Shown one piece after another: positions 61,600-64,000 of a DNA stretch of 64,000 nucleotides. The notes under the pieces were generated by a model that was not told where the DNA came from, did no database searches, and saw only the letters and a list, made by a program, of their open reading frames with translations. A program made the position numbers and the translations under genes. This DNA comes from Hemiscyllium ocellatum (taxonomy: Eukaryota), in contig NC_083410.1 in NCBI RefSeq assembly GCF_020745735.1, forward strand, positions 4,128,117 through 4,192,116, read 5' to 3'. How positions within the stretch are numbered: position 1 is the first letter of the stretch; each line of letters begins with the position of its first letter.

Positions 61600-61725
61600 G
61601 AACAGCTGGGTCAGAGTGTAGAGTGACGTTGCCTGAATAAAGGACAGCTGTTGATTACGCATCTCAGCCTCAGGCTCTCCCCACTTCCTGTCCCCACGAG
61701 AGGCTCCGAACTCCTCACGTCATCC
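61600..61725 (-). promoter_or_regulatory. Promoter-like motif cluster upstream of V4
   Basis: ETS core ACAGGAAGTG (61691-61682), two TGACGT CRE half-sites (61624-61629, 61722-61717) and two CAGCTG E-boxes (61603, 61645) within ~125 bp of non-repeat DNA. Confidence 0.35.
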
Positions 61726-62153
61726 AGTCCCTTCTCCCTGATCTCAGCCCCATCTGGTGACCCACTCATTGCTCAGATACTGCAGATTCTTATGTGAAGA
61801 TCCCTCATTCTCTCCCCATCCTGCTCACTGTTTTCCTCGGAATGATCACTTTTCCCCGAGATTGACTACTCATAATCCTCCCACTGTACACAATGCCCCC
61901 GAATATCCAGTGGGACTGGGTGTCCCTGGCCCTGGGTTTATCCTAATTACCAACTGACCCAATGTCATTGCATAGCCAGGAGCTGCTCAGAGATCCAGAA
62001 TCCAGTTTCTCAAACCCACATGCCTTGCACCAAATTCCAAAACTCTGTCCCACCCAATTCCTCTATCCCCCCAGACTAAGGATATATTGGCTGTGCTGAA
62101 AATGTGTTGCTGGTTAAAGCACAGCAGGTTAGGCAGCATCCAAGGAACAGGAA

Positions 62154-62189
62154 ATTCGACGTTTCGGGCCAGAGCCCTTCATCAGGAAT
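62154..62189 (-). ncRNA. Intact minimal type I hammerhead-ribozyme motif
   Basis: Minus strand ATTC CTGATGA A GGGC TCTG GCCC GAAA CGTC GAAT: 4-bp stem I, core, 4-bp stem II and palindromic ACGT stem III. Confidence 0.7.
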
Positions 62190-63129
62190 GAGGAGAGGGT
62201 GCCAGGCAGGCTAAGATAAAAAGGTAGGGAGGAGGGACTTGGGGGAGGGGCGATGGAGATGTGATAGGTGGAAGGAGGTCAAGGTGAGGGTGATAGGCCG
62301 GAGTGTGTGGGACGGAGAGGTCAGGAAGAGGATTGCTGGTTAGGAGGGCGGTGCTGAGTTCAAGGGAATCGACTGAGACAAGGTGGGGGGAGGGGAAATG
62401 AGGAAACTGGAGAAATCTGAGTTCATCCCTTGTAGTTGAAGGGTTCCCAGGCGGAAGATGAGGTGCTCTTCCTCCAACCGTCATGTTGTTATGTTCTGGC
62501 GATGGAGGAGTCCAAGGACCTGCATGTCTTCGGTGGAGTGGGAGGGAGAGTTAAAGTGTGAGCCACGGGGTGGTTGGGTTGGTTGGTCCGGGCGTCCCAG
62601 AGGTGTTCCCTGAAGCGTTCTGCAAGTAGGCGGCCCGTCTCCCCAATATAGAGGAGTCCTGAAGCGTGCTGCAAGGGAGGCGGGCCGCCTACTTGCAGAA
62701 CGCTTCAGGGAACACCTCTGGGACGCCCGGACCAACCAACCCAACCACCCCGTGGCTCACACTTTAACTCCCCCTCCCACTCCACCGAAGACATGCAGGT
62801 CCTTGGACTCCTCCATCGCCAGAACATAACAACATGACGGTTGGAGGAAGAGCGCCTCATCTTCCGCCTGGGAACCTTCCAACCACAAGGGATGAACTCG
62901 GATTTCTCCAGTTTCCTCATTTCCCCTCCCCCCCACCTTGTCTCAGTCGATTCCCTTGAACTCAGCACCGCCCTCCTAACCTGCAATCCTCTTCCTGACC
63001 TCTCCACCCCACCCCACTCCGGCCTATCACCCTCACCTTGACCTCCTTCCACCTATCACATCTCCATCGCCCCTCCCCCAACTCCCTCCTCCCTACCTTT
63101 TACCTTAGCCTGCCTGGCACCCTCTCCTC

Positions 63130-63165
63130 ATTCCTGATGAAGGTCTCTGGCCCGAAACGTCGAAT
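63130..63165 (+). ncRNA. Minimal hammerhead motif with one stem II mismatch
   Basis: ATTC CTGATGA A GGTC TCTG GCCC GAAA CGTC GAAT. Confidence 0.55.
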
Positions 63166-64000
63166 TTCCTGTTCCTTGGATGCTGCCTAACCTGCTGTGC
63201 TTTAACCAGCAACACATTTTCAGCTCTGATCTCCAGCATCTGCAGACCTCACTTTTTACTCGATATATTGGCTGTGATCTTCAATTACAATGGAAGTGGG
63301 CATTTTGATCAAATTTCCTCTCAGCTTTTCCTTCTCCAAGGAGAACAGCTCCAACCACTTTGATTATGGTCTCAGTTGATGTTAGTATTGATCACAGATG
63401 GAAATTGGGCTTGGATTCTTTATTGTATAAAACTTTGTGGCCAATTTGTCTCTCTTTGTCTTCCGAAACAAAGTTTTTTTTAAAAAAAAAACACAAGTTG
63501 GTTAATGACCTCAAGAATAACTTATTCATTTTGAGCAAGAGAAATACTGAAAGCAAGAACAAAATGTGATAAGCAATGACATTTCAGTTTGGGATTAAAC
63601 CATACCTCACTAATCTCAAACATACATTCATTTACAGACAAGGCAACATGGCTCTGCAGAAATAGTTTGGGCTGTTTTTAAACAAAACATCTTAAAGAAA
63701 GACCGTTCCAGTGGGACAAAGAAATCCATAAGGGGGAATGTGCTAGCTTCTCAGAGTTCCTGTAATTTCTTGTCAATGATGCTGATTCCTGAAAGTTATA
63801 CATTGATGGGAGATCGTCAGACCATATTTCAGATTCCAATGGGAAATAGTTTGAAACCTTGATATTGGAAACTTTACCTTTAAATATCCTTCATGAAGGG
63901 ACCTTCACAGCTTTGTCTTTATCTTTTACTGACTGAGAGGGAGAAACTGTACAGCTGGTCCCGCTTGAAGTTTTCTCTTTTTATCAGAAGAGAAGGGTCT

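Larger units (their letters stand above)
62096..63261. mobile_element. Fold-back Penelope-like insertion with 15-bp TSD
   Basis: Arms 62096-62643 and 62675-63223 are reverse complements. GATATATTGGCTGTG at 62081-62095 and 63262-63276. Confidence 0.92.

Overview
Eukaryotic genomic DNA, most likely from an elasmobranch (shark). This is inferred from HE1-like tRNA-derived SINEs, dense CR1 LINEs and Penelope-like elements (PLEs). Most of the window is transposon-derived. The main non-repeat signal is a spliced minus-strand immune-receptor locus, and the ORF track shows only its V exons. Reading splice sites by eye gives a phase-consistent model: leader (21105-21060), V exon with a germline J-like end (20824-20477), transmembrane exon (19935-19785) and four short cytoplasmic exons (17890-17847, 12606-12533, 8568-8527, 7342-7300). 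The terminal exon is uncertain. The predicted ~250-aa type I protein has one antigen-receptor-like V domain, no C domain and an uncharged TM segment. Its tail carries YENV, YRNP and a full ITAM (DSTYM|PLQQWDCSIYSEL), split at the intron position typical of ITAM genes. Three more intact VJ-type exons (25328-24984, 27481-27137, 61078-60734) lie upstream on the same strand. All are phase 1-1, with no RSS and no TM exon of their own that I could find in the window. Repeat-level highlights are minimal hammerhead-ribozyme motifs in PLE termini, fold-back PLE insertions with TSDs, a nested Gmr1-like Gypsy element, solo LTRs, a 430-bp inverted duplication and two intronic minisatellites. Gene models come from sequence inspection only, with no expression data or database searches. 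Repeat boundaries are approximate.
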